This document shows, one piece after another, positions 19,609 through 28,641 of a DNA stretch of 46,119 nucleotides. Origin of the DNA: a virus (lineage: Duplodnaviria > Heunggongvirae > Uroviricota > Caudoviricetes). The stretch lies in IMG/VR virus record IMGVR_UViG_3300037087_000772, positions 64,001 through 110,119 of that record, one strand, 5' to 3'. A model generated the notes under the pieces. It ran no database searches. It was not told where the DNA came from and saw only the letters and a program-made list of their open reading frames with translations. The stretch's first letter is position 1. The number at the start of each line of letters is the position of its first letter. A program made the translations under genes and the position numbers.

Positions 19609-19981
19609 ATTTATTAAACTACCAATATCTGGTAGAAGAATTAAGAAGTCCGAAATCGTCTATTACAATAAAGATGGAATAAGATTGTACTATCGTTTAA
19701 AACACAGAGCCGATAGTATTTATATTAATTATTCAACAGAAGAAGATATACAAGCTGATCTTAAAAAATTCGATGAGATATATTTCGATTCGGAAAGAAA
19801 AGGACTTGATGAACCTATAAGAAAGATTCTTAGTCAATTTTTCATTGATATTTATTCGGATGTGAGAAATGATGGTAAATTATTAGGAACAGACGATATA
19901 CTTGAAAAATTAAATAAGTCCGAAAAAGTGAACGATAATGTTCAAAAAATAAAAGAATTATTTTATGGGAAAACTGATTGA
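19598..19981 (+). CDS. Hypothetical protein
   Basis: 127 aa overlapping both neighbours. Confidence 0.45.
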   Translation: MENKFIKLPISGRRIKKSEIVYYNKDGIRLYYRLKHRADSIYINYSTEEDIQADLKKFDEIYFDSERKGLDEPIRKILSQFFIDIYSDVRNDGKLLGTDDILEKLNKSEKVNDNVQKIKELFYGKTD

Positions 19982-20423
19982 TAAATTTATTGATGAAGAA
20001 TTCTTTCTAAGTAATTTTTATATTAGTCCAATAATTTATAAAGGAAAAGAATATAAAACCGTTGAACATGCTTTCCAAGCATCAAAAGCTGATAACGAAT
20101 CGGAACATGAATGGATTCGTAATATGGATACTCCCGGAAAAGCAAAAAGAAATGGTTCAGATCCACATAAAGTTCACCTGAGAAAAGATTGGGAAGAAAT
20201 AAAAGAGGATTTGATGTTGGAATTACTTCGAATCAAATTTTCAGATCCAGAATTATCAAAAAAATTAATTGATACAAAAAATTATATACTGGTTGAGGGG
20301 AATTATTGGCATGATAATTTTTGGGGCAATTGTACCTGTTCAAATTGTAGAAATATTGAGGGTCAAAATAAATTAGGTGAATTACTAATGAAAGTTCGAC
20401 AAGAAATTATTGATTTGTTGTAA
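19965..20423 (+). CDS. NADAR (YbiA-like) N-glycosidase / ADP-ribosylhydrolase
   Basis: FLSNFY, TVEHAFQASK, KF, LVEGN-WHDNFWG, GQNKLGELLMKVR. Confidence 0.9.
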   Translation: MGKLIDKFIDEEFFLSNFYISPIIYKGKEYKTVEHAFQASKADNESEHEWIRNMDTPGKAKRNGSDPHKVHLRKDWEEIKEDLMLELLRIKFSDPELSKKLIDTKNYILVEGNYWHDNFWGNCTCSNCRNIEGQNKLGELLMKVRQEIIDLL

Positions 20424-20430
20424 ATTTCTT

Positions 20431-20886
20431 TTACCATATAATTTCATTTAAATATTTTCTTCTAATAGATTCAAAAAATAACCACCTTCTATCACTCATT
20501 TGAACTAATTTACTAAAAGGATCAACATAGATATATTGTTCATAAACATTGTTCAATTCATCTTCATATATCATTTTAAGGCTCATCCTTTCTCGAACCA
20601 AAAGGGAACTGATGTTTATTTCTTCTATTTCATTAATATTCATTGAGGTCTGCTTAATATAACATTTCTTTCCATTTATTGTGAATAATGAAAGATCTCC
20701 ATTTATATTTAATTTATATAAATTTGATTTTATTTTTTTAATGTCAAAATCCAAAGACATTTCTGTTTTAGACATAACCCTGTTATTATTATCTTTACTA
20801 ATTATGAATTCTCCTGATTTTTTATCTAATAGAAATAATCTAACTGATGTTATGATTGATAAAATTAAAGCTATTATACTTATCAT
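20431..20886 (-). CDS. N-terminally membrane-anchored protein (cassette 1 cargo)
   Basis: MISIIALILSIITSVRLFLL; ATGA overlap with RHH-C stop. Confidence 0.6.
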   Translation of the reverse strand: MISIIALILSIITSVRLFLLDKKSGEFIISKDNNNRVMSKTEMSLDFDIKKIKSNLYKLNINGDLSLFTINGKKCYIKQTSMNINEIEEINISSLLVRERMSLKMIYEDELNNVYEQYIYVDPFSKLVQMSDRRWLFFESIRRKYLNEIIW

Positions 20887-21038
20887 AATTTTTTAATTTC
20901 TTTTTTAATCAAGTATTCGATATACTTTGATTTATTCACTTTCTTCTCTTCGCAAATCTTATTCAATATTTCATCCAATTCAATATTAACTGATATTGAT
21001 AAGCTTTTTTTCTTGTTTGTTATTTTTGGTCTACCCAT
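20883..21038 (-). CDS. RHH-like minigene C (51 aa)
   Basis: Hand-translated MGRPKITNKKKSLSISVNIELDEILNKICEEKKVNKSKYIEYLIKKEIKKL; near-identical copy at 44258-44410. Confidence 0.8.
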   Translation of the reverse strand: MGRPKITNKKKSLSISVNIELDEILNKICEEKKVNKSKYIEYLIKKEIKKL

Positions 21039-21090
21039 CGGATTAGGTTTTTTCTTATATATCTTGAAAATGGAGTTTGGTTTAAAAAAG

Positions 21091-21121
21091 AAATCCCCTC
21101 AGTATGAAATTGAGAGGATTT
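21091..21121. terminator. Stem-loop, probable intrinsic terminator
   Basis: aaatccCctca-N9-tgagAggattt downstream of 21152-21727. Confidence 0.55.
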
Positions 21122-21151
21122 CTAATAAATTGTAATAGTGTTTTTACTATT

Positions 21152-21727
21152 TTACCAACTATCTTTCTTTTCTGATTTTACTTTATTCATTGAAAGTTTT
21201 AGACTTTCTATTGTGGAATAAATTTGAATTTTGGCATCGTTTTTGATTTTATCCCATTGTTTTTGAGGTATATTCATTCCCTGTCCTGATTTTTCTTGTT
21301 GTAGGGGAATTTTACCTGATGTATTGTATTGATTTTCAAAATATAAATTATTAATTGTATATTTATATTTTCCATTTTTACACTGAACATTGATTGTGAA
21401 ATATCCATAACCTATCATATACAGCCCCCCTATAAAAACATTTGGATGTTGATTTACAGGAACACAACCATTTCCTACAATTTTCCCCAAATCTTTGTCT
21501 GAAATTTGAATAACAGATTTGGCTGAATTGAATGTGTTAGCTATCCAATCCTGTAATTGAGAATATAATTGGTCTTTTGTAATTGAGGAATCTACAATTA
21601 TGATATTTGTGATTTCTCCTATTATCCATTGTTTTTCAAAAGATTCATCATTTGAATTAAAAACATCTTGTGCATTTATACTGACTGTACAAATCAATAT
21701 TGAAAATAAAACAAATAGTTTTTTCAT
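21152..21727 (-). CDS. Exported DUF4468-like protein (cassette 1 cargo)
   Basis: Signal peptide ending NAQ; TKDQLY...WIANTFNSAKSVIQ..DKDLGKIVG...CKNGKYKY. Confidence 0.6.
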   Translation of the reverse strand: MKKLFVLFSILICTVSINAQDVFNSNDESFEKQWIIGEITNIIIVDSSITKDQLYSQLQDWIANTFNSAKSVIQISDKDLGKIVGNGCVPVNQHPNVFIGGLYMIGYGYFTINVQCKNGKYKYTINNLYFENQYNTSGKIPLQQEKSGQGMNIPQKQWDKIKNDAKIQIYSTIESLKLSMNKVKSEKKDSW

Positions 21728-21766
21728 AATTTTGTTGTTTTAATTGTTATTTTATAATGATATTTT

Positions 21767-22195
21767 TTAAAAATTAAATTTAAGACCGTTTCCATCTGTT
21801 ACTAAACTATATTTTTTATTCTTACTTTGTTGAATAATAATACCAGCCTGATTTATTTGATGAGAACCAATAAAAAAACATACTATGCTCGATATAAAAA
21901 ATCCACCAGATACACCAATTAATAATTTTCTATATGTATCATTTTGAACTATTTGACTATGTGTTTTCCCATCAAAAGTAAAAGCTATGCTAATTCCACT
22001 CAAAATAGAAAGTGAAAAACAAACACCAGCTCCTGTGAAATTCTGGCCAGCCTTGTGTAGATAATATCCTTCATCCTTTAATTGTAAATTATTTGGATTA
22101 ATTTTATTATCCTTAAAATATCTTTGTAAAGGAGTTTGTGCGTTTAAACTGACTGCACAAATCAATAGTGTGATAATTAATACAATTTTTTTCAT
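21767..22195 (-). CDS. Exported/membrane protein (cassette 1 cargo)
   Basis: Signal peptide MKKIVLIITLLICAVSLNAQ; two further hydrophobic helices. Confidence 0.6.
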   Translation of the reverse strand: MKKIVLIITLLICAVSLNAQTPLQRYFKDNKINPNNLQLKDEGYYLHKAGQNFTGAGVCFSLSILSGISIAFTFDGKTHSQIVQNDTYRKLLIGVSGGFFISSIVCFFIGSHQINQAGIIIQQSKNKKYSLVTDGNGLKFNF

Positions 22196-22234
22196 AATTT
22201 TGATGTTTTTACAAATTTAATCAATTTTCTTGAA

Positions 22235-22303
22235 TAAAAAAATTAAAATATGTGAAAATGGAAAAATATAAAAAAATTAAAATATGTGAAAATGGAAAAA
22301 TAT
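22235..22303 (+). repeat. 34-bp tandem duplication in divergent promoter region
   Basis: taaaaaaattaaaatatgtgaaaatggaaaaata at 22235 and 22269. Confidence 0.95.
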
Positions 22304-22344
22304 GACTTTTCAACATTAATATATACTACTAAAAAGACACACAT

Positions 22345-22506
22345 ATGAAAAAACCGATAACAAAAAGAAAAATATCACTCAGATTAGACACTGAGATTTG
22401 TGAATTCTTAGAAGATAATTTTGAAAACAAATCCAGATATATTGAGTATTTAATATATAATGACATTAAAGATTGTGGTTTGTTAGAAAAAGAAATCATC
22501 CTGTGA
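22345..22506 (+). CDS. RHH-like minigene A (53 aa)
   Basis: Hand-translated MKKPITKRKISLRLDTEICEFLEDNFENKSRYIEYLIYNDIKDCGLLEKEIIL; TTAATATATAC upstream; paralog at 43619-43780. Confidence 0.8.
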   Translation: MKKPITKRKISLRLDTEICEFLEDNFENKSRYIEYLIYNDIKDCGLLEKEIIL

Positions 22507-22507
22507 A

Positions 22508-23390
22508 ATGAAACTTAAATGTGTATATGTTTTTTTAGATCATAGAAAGCCGGGAAATTATGTTTATGATAATTTGACATTCGATTACGAACCAATATAT
22601 GTTGGAAAGGGGTGTTTGAATAGACCACAAAGACATAAAGTACGATACAAAAAAGAAGTCAATAGATTCTATTCTAAATTAAAATCCATTGTCAAAGAAA
22701 CAAATGAGTTTCCAAATTATGTCATTATTCGAAAAGATATATCTGAATTAATAGCCAACAATCTGGAAATAGAATACATCAAAAAGATAGGAAGAATTGA
22801 AAATGGTGGAACTTTAACTAATATGAGTGATGGTGGTGAAGGTCAATCTGGATTTGTATTTTCAGAAGAAACCAAGAAAAAAAATGTCTCTTAAAAGAAA
22901 AGGAAAAAAATTAGGGCCCATGTCAGAGGAAGTTAAAAAAAAGTTATCTGAATCAAAAAAAGGTAAATATTGTGGGATAAACTCTGGAATGTATGGTAAA
23001 AAAATGTCTAAAGAATCAAAAGAAAAAATAAGTTTGTCGAGAAAAGGAAAATATTTTGGTATAAACAACCCCAACTATGGTAAGAAAATGTCAGAAAAAT
23101 CAAAAAAGGTTATTTCAGAAAAGAATAAAGGGAAATTATCTGGTGATAAACATCCAAATTACAAAAATCTGAATCATATAAATGTTGTAGTGAAGGACAC
23201 TTGGGAATTAACAGATATAAATGGTAAAACAATAATAATACAAAGTTTAAGTAGATTTTGTAATGAAAATAATTTAAATGCTTGTTGCATGAGAGATATT
23301 TTTTATGGTAAACAAAAATCGCCACATAGAGGATGGACAAAAGTAATCAAATTAACAAATAATGTAAAAAATAAAAAAGATCAGAAATAA
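22508..23390 (+). pseudogene. GIY-YIG-like homing endonuclease with NUMOD3 repeats, frameshifted at an A8 run
   Basis: CVYVFLD...IYVGKG...R...LTNMSDGGEG then SEExKKKxSxxxKGK repeats; one fewer A at 22877-22884 joins the two ORFs. Confidence 0.75.
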
Positions 23391-23411
23391 TCTGACCTTT
23401 TTTATTTAAAA

Positions 23412-25319
23412 TTATTTTACTTCAGTGAATTCTACATCCTGAACATCCTCTGGTGGTTGTTTTGGTCCTTTTTGAGTTTCACCAGATGTATTCTGTTGTT
23501 GAGTTGTTTCACCACCCTGACTCTGTTGGTACATTTTCGTAGAAATAGAATTCCACTTTTCATTCAGTTCGTTTGTAAGACTATCAACTGTTGGAATGTC
23601 CTTTATGGAATGTGCCTGTCTGAGTTTATCAAGAGTTTCCTTTAATGTAGTTCTATCACTTTCAGTTAATTTCTCTCCAAAATCTTTGATGTTTTTTTCA
23701 CTCTGGAAAATTGAGGCATCTGCTTTATTAAGTTTATCAATATCATCCTTTTCTTTCTTGTCCTTTTCTTCATTTTCCTGAGCTTCCCTTTTCATCCTTT
23801 CAATTTCATCCTTGGATAAATTTGAAGAACCTTCAATACGGATATTCTGTTTCTTCTGAGTTGCTTTGTCAACAGCCAAGACTTCGATGATACCGTTCGC
23901 GTTGATATCCAACGAAACACTGATTTGCGGCACGCCTCGTGGTGCTGGTGGTAATCCATCCAATATAAATTTTCCTAAGGATTTATTATCCTTAGCCATT
24001 GGACGCTCCCCTTGAAGAACATGAATCTCTACGGATGGTTGATTATCAGCGGCCGTTGAAAAAACTTCAGTTTTTGATACTGGAATTGTAGTATTAGCTT
24101 CAACCAATTTTGTGAATACCCCACCGAATGTTTCAATTCCAAGTGAAAGAGGGGTAACATCAAGTAATAAAATATCCTTTACTTCACCACCAATAATACC
24201 AGCTTGGATGGCTGCTCCAACGGCAACGGCTTCATCAGGATTAACTGATCGGTTTGGTTCTTTTCCGAAAATACTTTTAACAAGTGTCTGAACGGCTGGA
24301 ATTCTTGTTGAACCACCGACCAAAACGATTTCATCCAGTTCTTCTTTTTTCAAACCACTATCCTCAAGGGCTTTTCTTGAAATAGGAATCAATCTCTGGA
24401 AAATAGGATCACAAATTTGATCGAATTTGGCTCTGTTAAGTTTTACAACCATGTGTTTAGGAACACCATCAATCGGCATTATATAAGGTAGGTTGATTTC
24501 TGTTTCAACAGAAGAAGAAAGTTCAATCTTAGCTTTCTCGGCTGCATCTTTTAATCTTTGGAGTGCCATCGGATCTTTCTTTAAATCCACACCACCATTT
24601 TCTTTTCTGAATCCCTCATTCAACCAATCTACAATAGCATCATCAATATCATTACCTCCAAGGTGGACATCACCATAAGTTGATTTCACCTCAAAAACAC
24701 CTTCACCTGATTCAAGAACAGACACATCGAATGTACCACCACCAAAGTCGAACACAACAATCTTCATATCCTTGTTCTGTTTGTCCAATCCGTAAGCGAG
24801 AGCTGCGGCCGTTGGTTCATTTACTATCCTTTCAACTTTGAAACCAGCGATTTCACCAGCCTCTTTAGTCGCCTGTCTTTGTTCATTATTAAACCAAGCC
24901 GGAACAGTAATAACTGCTCTGTCTACGGTTTGACCAAGATAATCCTCGGCTGTTTTCTTCATTTTTTGAAGAATCATTGCACTGATTTCCTGAGGGGTGA
25001 AATCTTTACCATCAATACTGACAACAGGATTACCATTACTTGCCCTTTTAACAGGAAATGATACCCTTTTGATTTCATCGGTCAATTTTTCGTATTTCTC
25101 ACCCATGAATCTTTTAATGGATGATATTGTTCTTGGACTGTTAGTTACCTGTTGACGGCGAGCTGGTGCTCCTACTTTTCTTTCACTATCAATGAAAGCT
25201 ACAATACTCGGTGTGGTTCTTTGTCCTTCACTGTTTGCGATAATAACGGGAACTCCGCCTTCCATTACAGCAACGGCACTAAAAGTAGTTCCTAAGTCGA
25301 TTCCTACAATTTTACTCAT
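23412..25319 (-). CDS. dnaK: Hsp70 chaperone DnaK, Bacteroidota-like
   Basis: [77 protein letters not shown]. Confidence 0.97.
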   Translation of the reverse strand: MSKIVGIDLGTTFSAVAVMEGGVPVIIANSEGQRTTPSIVAFIDSERKVGAPARRQQVTNSPRTISSIKRFMGEKYEKLTDEIKRVSFPVKRASNGNPVVSIDGKDFTPQEISAMILQKMKKTAEDYLGQTVDRAVITVPAWFNNEQRQATKEAGEIAGFKVERIVNEPTAAALAYGLDKQNKDMKIVVFDFGGGTFDVSVLESGEGVFEVKSTYGDVHLGGNDIDDAIVDWLNEGFRKENGGVDLKKDPMALQRLKDAAEKAKIELSSSVETEINLPYIMPIDGVPKHMVVKLNRAKFDQICDPIFQRLIPISRKALEDSGLKKEELDEIVLVGGSTRIPAVQTLVKSIFGKEPNRSVNPDEAVAVGAAIQAGIIGGEVKDILLLDVTPLSLGIETFGGVFTKLVEANTTIPVSKTEVFSTAADNQPSVEIHVLQGERPMAKDNKSLGKFILDGLPPAPRGVPQISVSLDINANGIIEVLAVDKATQKKQNIRIEGSSNLSKDEIERMKREAQENEEKDKKEKDDIDKLNKADASIFQSEKNIKDFGEKLTESDRTTLKETLDKLRQAHSIKDIPTVDSLTNELNEKWNSISTKMYQQSQGGETTQQQNTSGETQKGPKQPPEDVQDVEFTEVK

Positions 25320-25403
25320 AAATAATATTCCTTTCTTATTTTATATGTTTTTGATTTAAGATTGTTTCAATTATTATACCATTGACAGATGTATGTCATT
25401 CTG

Positions 25404-25628
25404 TCAGATTAGTTCTCTTTCCACTTCTTTTTCTATCTTCTCGACTTCTTCTTTTGACAGTCCAAGAACTTTCTCTACCAGTTTCAATCCATAATTTCTC
25501 TGGAGTACTTCCTGATAATCGGGTTCATCCCATGCCATAACGGACAAATCCCCATATTGGCTTTTCATTTTCTTTATCCAAATTTGATAAAGCCTAATTT
25601 CTTCTTTGTAACTTTCTATTGGTGTCAT
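25404..25628 (-). CDS. Hypothetical protein
   Basis: 74 aa ORF. Confidence 0.45.
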   Translation of the reverse strand: MTPIESYKEEIRLYQIWIKKMKSQYGDLSVMAWDEPDYQEVLQRNYGLKLVEKVLGLSKEEVEKIEKEVERELI

Positions 25629-25655
25629 ATTTTTTGTTATTTGAATTTCATTTTA

Positions 25656-25991
25656 TCATTCATTATTTATCCATTCATGTCCACAGACTAAACAAGTTAC
25701 TAATCTACCCCAACTACTGGTTTTAGGATGTTCACAAGTTTCGTTTTTTGAATTTTCAAAACCTTTTGTTATTTGAACTTCAGTTCCTTTCGGAAAGTAC
25801 ATACTTTTTACACAATAATTCATTTGAGGCAAAGTATATTCCACTTCAATTATATCTCCATTCTTCACAAGTTCATCAAGAACATCGGTAATATTCTGAT
25901 CTGGTTCATTATTGGTCATGAATCTTACGACAATTTCAGTTGCTTTAATCGGGCCAAACTCGTTTACTATTTCAATTATTTTTTCTCTCAT
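25656..25991 (-). CDS. Winged-helix-like protein with C-terminal zinc ribbon
   Basis: IIEIVNEFGPIKATEIV...LDELVKNGDI; CEHP...CLVCGHEW. Confidence 0.5.
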   Translation of the reverse strand: MREKIIEIVNEFGPIKATEIVVRFMTNNEPDQNITDVLDELVKNGDIIEVEYTLPQMNYCVKSMYFPKGTEVQITKGFENSKNETCEHPKTSSWGRLVTCLVCGHEWINNE

Positions 25992-26087
25992 ACTTCACTT
26001 TTTCTTAATATAATAAAAAAATCAATAAAAAAAAAAGAAAATGAGTTTTTTACTTTAATATATAATAGAAAAAATAAAAAACGACAT

Positions 26088-27203
26088 ATGGAAATTACCA
26101 CGAGAGACATCAGAATAGCTTTCTACGAATTAGGAAGAATCTTAGAAAAATTAAACAACACTGTTTTATTAATCAATGAAAAATATGGTGAAAATCAGGG
26201 GAAACTTTTTGAAGCTGGTTTCTGGGATAGATTGAAAACTGGTGCTGGAAAAGTGGGATCAGCAATTGGTGGAGCAGCAGGATCAGTAAAGAATATAGGT
26301 ACAACCGCCGTAGACAGAACAAAACAAGCCGTATCAACAGCTATAGATAAAACAAAACAAGTCGCCACTTCAGCTTATGATAAAGGAAAACAATTAGGTC
26401 AACAAGCAGTTACAGCAATTGGTGAAATCGCTAATAAAGTCGCTGGATATTTTTCTCAAGCTTTTCAATGGATCTCAGAACAACCTGAAGCTTTCTGGAA
26501 CAAAGTAAAAGAGGGATGGGATAATGTAGCTGATCAAATAGCTAAAATGAAAGAAACAGCAGGTGATAAATTCCAATTAAATGTCGGTTTAATTCTCGAA
26601 GATATAAACAAGAAATTATGTAAGAAATTAAGAGAACTAACAAATGATAAACAAATGGGTGCTTATGCAATCGCAAGAAAAAGACCATCAGATTTTAAAG
26701 GTAAATACGCTAAATTCAAAGGAACATTTCAAGCAGTAGGTCAAGAATTGGTAAAGAGTAAATACGCCGCTGCTAAGGAATTCGGTCAAAAATTATTGGA
26801 TTCACTTGAACAAGGAGCAGAAGATGTATTCTATTTCACATTAGGATTGATTTTAGTACCTTTTTACGCTGTTGGTTGGGTAGCAAAGAAATTAATGGTT
26901 TTGGGTATTGATTTTGGTCATGTTGTAGAAGAATTCATTAAAACAGCCAAGGTAGAATTACCTGAGGTTTGGAGTGAGTTTAAAGGTGGAGTTAAAACTG
27001 GTTATCAAGAAAAAACAGAACCAGCTACAGTTCCAACAACTGAACCAGCAGCTCCTGTTACACCAGCCCCAGCTACTGAAAGAACAATTTTAAGATTTGC
27101 TGATTTTGTTAATGAAAAAAAGAAATTGAAAAAGAAAGACAGAGAAAAAGGAAAAATATGTGATGATTGTAAAAAATTTCCATGTGAATGTCCAACTGAA
27201 TAA
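26088..27203 (+). CDS. Amphipathic-repeat protein with hydrophobic segment, possible ejected virion protein
   Basis: Start MEITTRD after TTAATATATAA; 11-mer repeats; VFYFTLGLILVPFYAVGWV; internal ILRFADFVNE; terminal CDDCKKFPCEC. Confidence 0.6.
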   Translation: MEITTRDIRIAFYELGRILEKLNNTVLLINEKYGENQGKLFEAGFWDRLKTGAGKVGSAIGGAAGSVKNIGTTAVDRTKQAVSTAIDKTKQVATSAYDKGKQLGQQAVTAIGEIANKVAGYFSQAFQWISEQPEAFWNKVKEGWDNVADQIAKMKETAGDKFQLNVGLILEDINKKLCKKLRELTNDKQMGAYAIARKRPSDFKGKYAKFKGTFQAVGQELVKSKYAAAKEFGQKLLDSLEQGAEDVFYFTLGLILVPFYAVGWVAKKLMVLGIDFGHVVEEFIKTAKVELPEVWSEFKGGVKTGYQEKTEPATVPTTEPAAPVTPAPATERTILRFADFVNEKKKLKKKDREKGKICDDCKKFPCECPTE

Positions 27204-27208
27204 AACAA

Positions 27209-27234
27209 AAAAAACCCGAAACTTCGGGTTTTTT
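27209..27234. terminator. Bidirectional intrinsic terminator
   Basis: aaaaaacccgaa-ac-ttcgggtttttt between convergent genes. Confidence 0.8.
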
Positions 27235-27265
27235 CTTGCGTCAAACTAAAAACAAAAAATGAAAA

Positions 27266-27529
27266 TCACGATAGAAAAAATTCTTTATTTCTTTTAATGG
27301 CTCTTACCAATCCGATGATTAATCCTATAACCAGACTGAAATAGACCCATTGTAACATTATAAATCCAAGATATTGATACCATTTGTACCAGATAGAAAT
27401 CAATTGGAAATAATTTATACCGAATAATTTTGTCGTGATAAACCAGTTGAAATATGTCAGTAAAAACAGAAGTGGTAAATAAGTTATTAGAATCTTAAAT
27501 ATAACCACAAATTTCTTATTGAGTTCCAT
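27266..27529 (-). CDS. Small two-TM membrane protein
   Basis: Start MELNKKF; two hydrophobic helices; overlaps end of L31. Confidence 0.55.
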   Translation of the reverse strand: MELNKKFVVIFKILITYLPLLFLLTYFNWFITTKLFGINYFQLISIWYKWYQYLGFIMLQWVYFSLVIGLIIGLVRAIKRNKEFFLS

Positions 27530-27794
27530 TGTTTCCTTCTTTCTTAATGAATTTCTGATACTTCGTTTTGTACTTATCAACTCTACCAGCAGTATCAATA
27601 AGTTTCATTTTACCCGTAAAGAAAGGATGTGATGTATTACTTATCTCCAACTTAATCAAAGGATATTCCACTCCATCTTCCCATAAGATAGTATCTTTGG
27701 TTTGAGCGGTAGATTTGGATAAAAAAGAATATCCATTCGACATATCTTTAAAAACGACAACCCTGTATTCTTTTGGGTGAATTCCTTTTTTCAT
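27516..27794 (-). CDS. rpmE2: 50S ribosomal protein L31 type B (no Cys), Bacteroidota-like
   Basis: MKKGIHPKEYRVVVFKDMS...YPLIKLEISNTSHPFFTGKMKLIDTAGRVDKY. Confidence 0.92.
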   Translation of the reverse strand: MKKGIHPKEYRVVVFKDMSNGYSFLSKSTAQTKDTILWEDGVEYPLIKLEISNTSHPFFTGKMKLIDTAGRVDKYKTKYQKFIKKEGNNGTQ

Positions 27795-27811
27795 TTCAAT
27801 AACTATTAATA

Positions 27812-28024
27812 TTAACCATAAAACTGTACTAAACGCATCACTTCTTCCTGACAATCGGGATCTTCCATTGCTCTCCTCATTCTTTCATCAAAATAATCAT
27901 GAAACATAAACTGATCATTTTCTGATGATGGGGGATACACTTCGTTTAAACCATTATTGATTCTCTGAATTGCTTCAGATGTCGGTTTCGAAATGGGTTT
28001 CTGGTTTTTGGTTGATTTTTTCAT
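27812..28024 (-). CDS. Hypothetical protein
   Basis: Start MKKSTKN downstream of TAnnTTTG promoter. Confidence 0.5.
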   Translation of the reverse strand: MKKSTKNQKPISKPTSEAIQRINNGLNEVYPPSSENDQFMFHDYFDERMRRAMEDPDCQEEVMRLVQFYG

Positions 28025-28051
28025 TTGTATGTTCCTTTTTAAGTTTGACAA

Positions 28052-28087
28052 TACAAAGGTACGATTGATTTCTGAGATAAAAAAATT
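28052..28087 (-). promoter_or_regulatory. Bacteroidota primary-sigma-type promoter
   Basis: Minus strand AATTTTTTTATCTC-N9-TCGTACCTTTGTA. Confidence 0.65.
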
Positions 28088-28096
28088 AATGTCTTA

Positions 28097-28471
28097 TTAT
28101 TGAAAATATTTATTATCTTTAATACACCATTCAATTGCAAGAGCAAGGATTGAAGTATCTGGACCGTGGTCTCTACCCTTATACCAGTTAATAAGTTTGT
28201 CGAACTCTTCTTTGGTAAATTTTAGTTCATCAATACACCTTTTAACAGCATCGTATGTTTGTGGAATAGATACAATGTTTCCGTATTGTTCCATTCCTTT
28301 GAAACGGTACATTCCTGTTTCCCCTAATTTGTCGTGTTCTTCTTTAAGGATAATTTCAAAAATTTCCATCATTCCAAAGAATGAATCACGACCACCGAGC
28401 CTATCAACTGTCATAATTTGACGGCTCATATTTAAGATTTTGAGTAAAGGATTTTCTTTTGTTTCGTTCAT
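28097..28471 (-). CDS. Hypothetical protein
   Basis: 124 aa ORF. Confidence 0.5.
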   Translation of the reverse strand: MNETKENPLLKILNMSRQIMTVDRLGGRDSFFGMMEIFEIILKEEHDKLGETGMYRFKGMEQYGNIVSIPQTYDAVKRCIDELKFTKEEFDKLINWYKGRDHGPDTSILALAIEWCIKDNKYFQ

Positions 28472-28641
28472 TTTCTTTCTTTCTGATAATTACCATATAT
28501 TTTCTTGGCCATTGAACATCCTATCGTGTGATGTAGCATCCAAATATAACCATTTCCGCATGATTCCTTACACATTGGACATTTTTCTGTTTTCTCTTTC
28601 TTTGTGTTCATCTTTTTTATATTAAAAGAGTAGAGTGGGGA

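Noticed and set aside
22235-22303. 34-bp repeat as a CRISPR array
   Set aside because: Only two directly adjacent copies, no spacers, no cas genes.
22508-23390. Endonucleases as group I intron or intein ORFs
   Set aside because: They are free-standing between intact genes; dnaK and the helicase are uninterrupted.
25367-25410. CIRCE element upstream of dnaK
   Set aside because: No match to TTAGCACTC-N9-GAGTGCTAA.
25773-26087. 5' extension of the 476-aa ORF
   Set aside because: Overlaps 25656-25991 on the other strand and runs through a poly-A intergenic region; a TAATATATA element favours ATG 26088.
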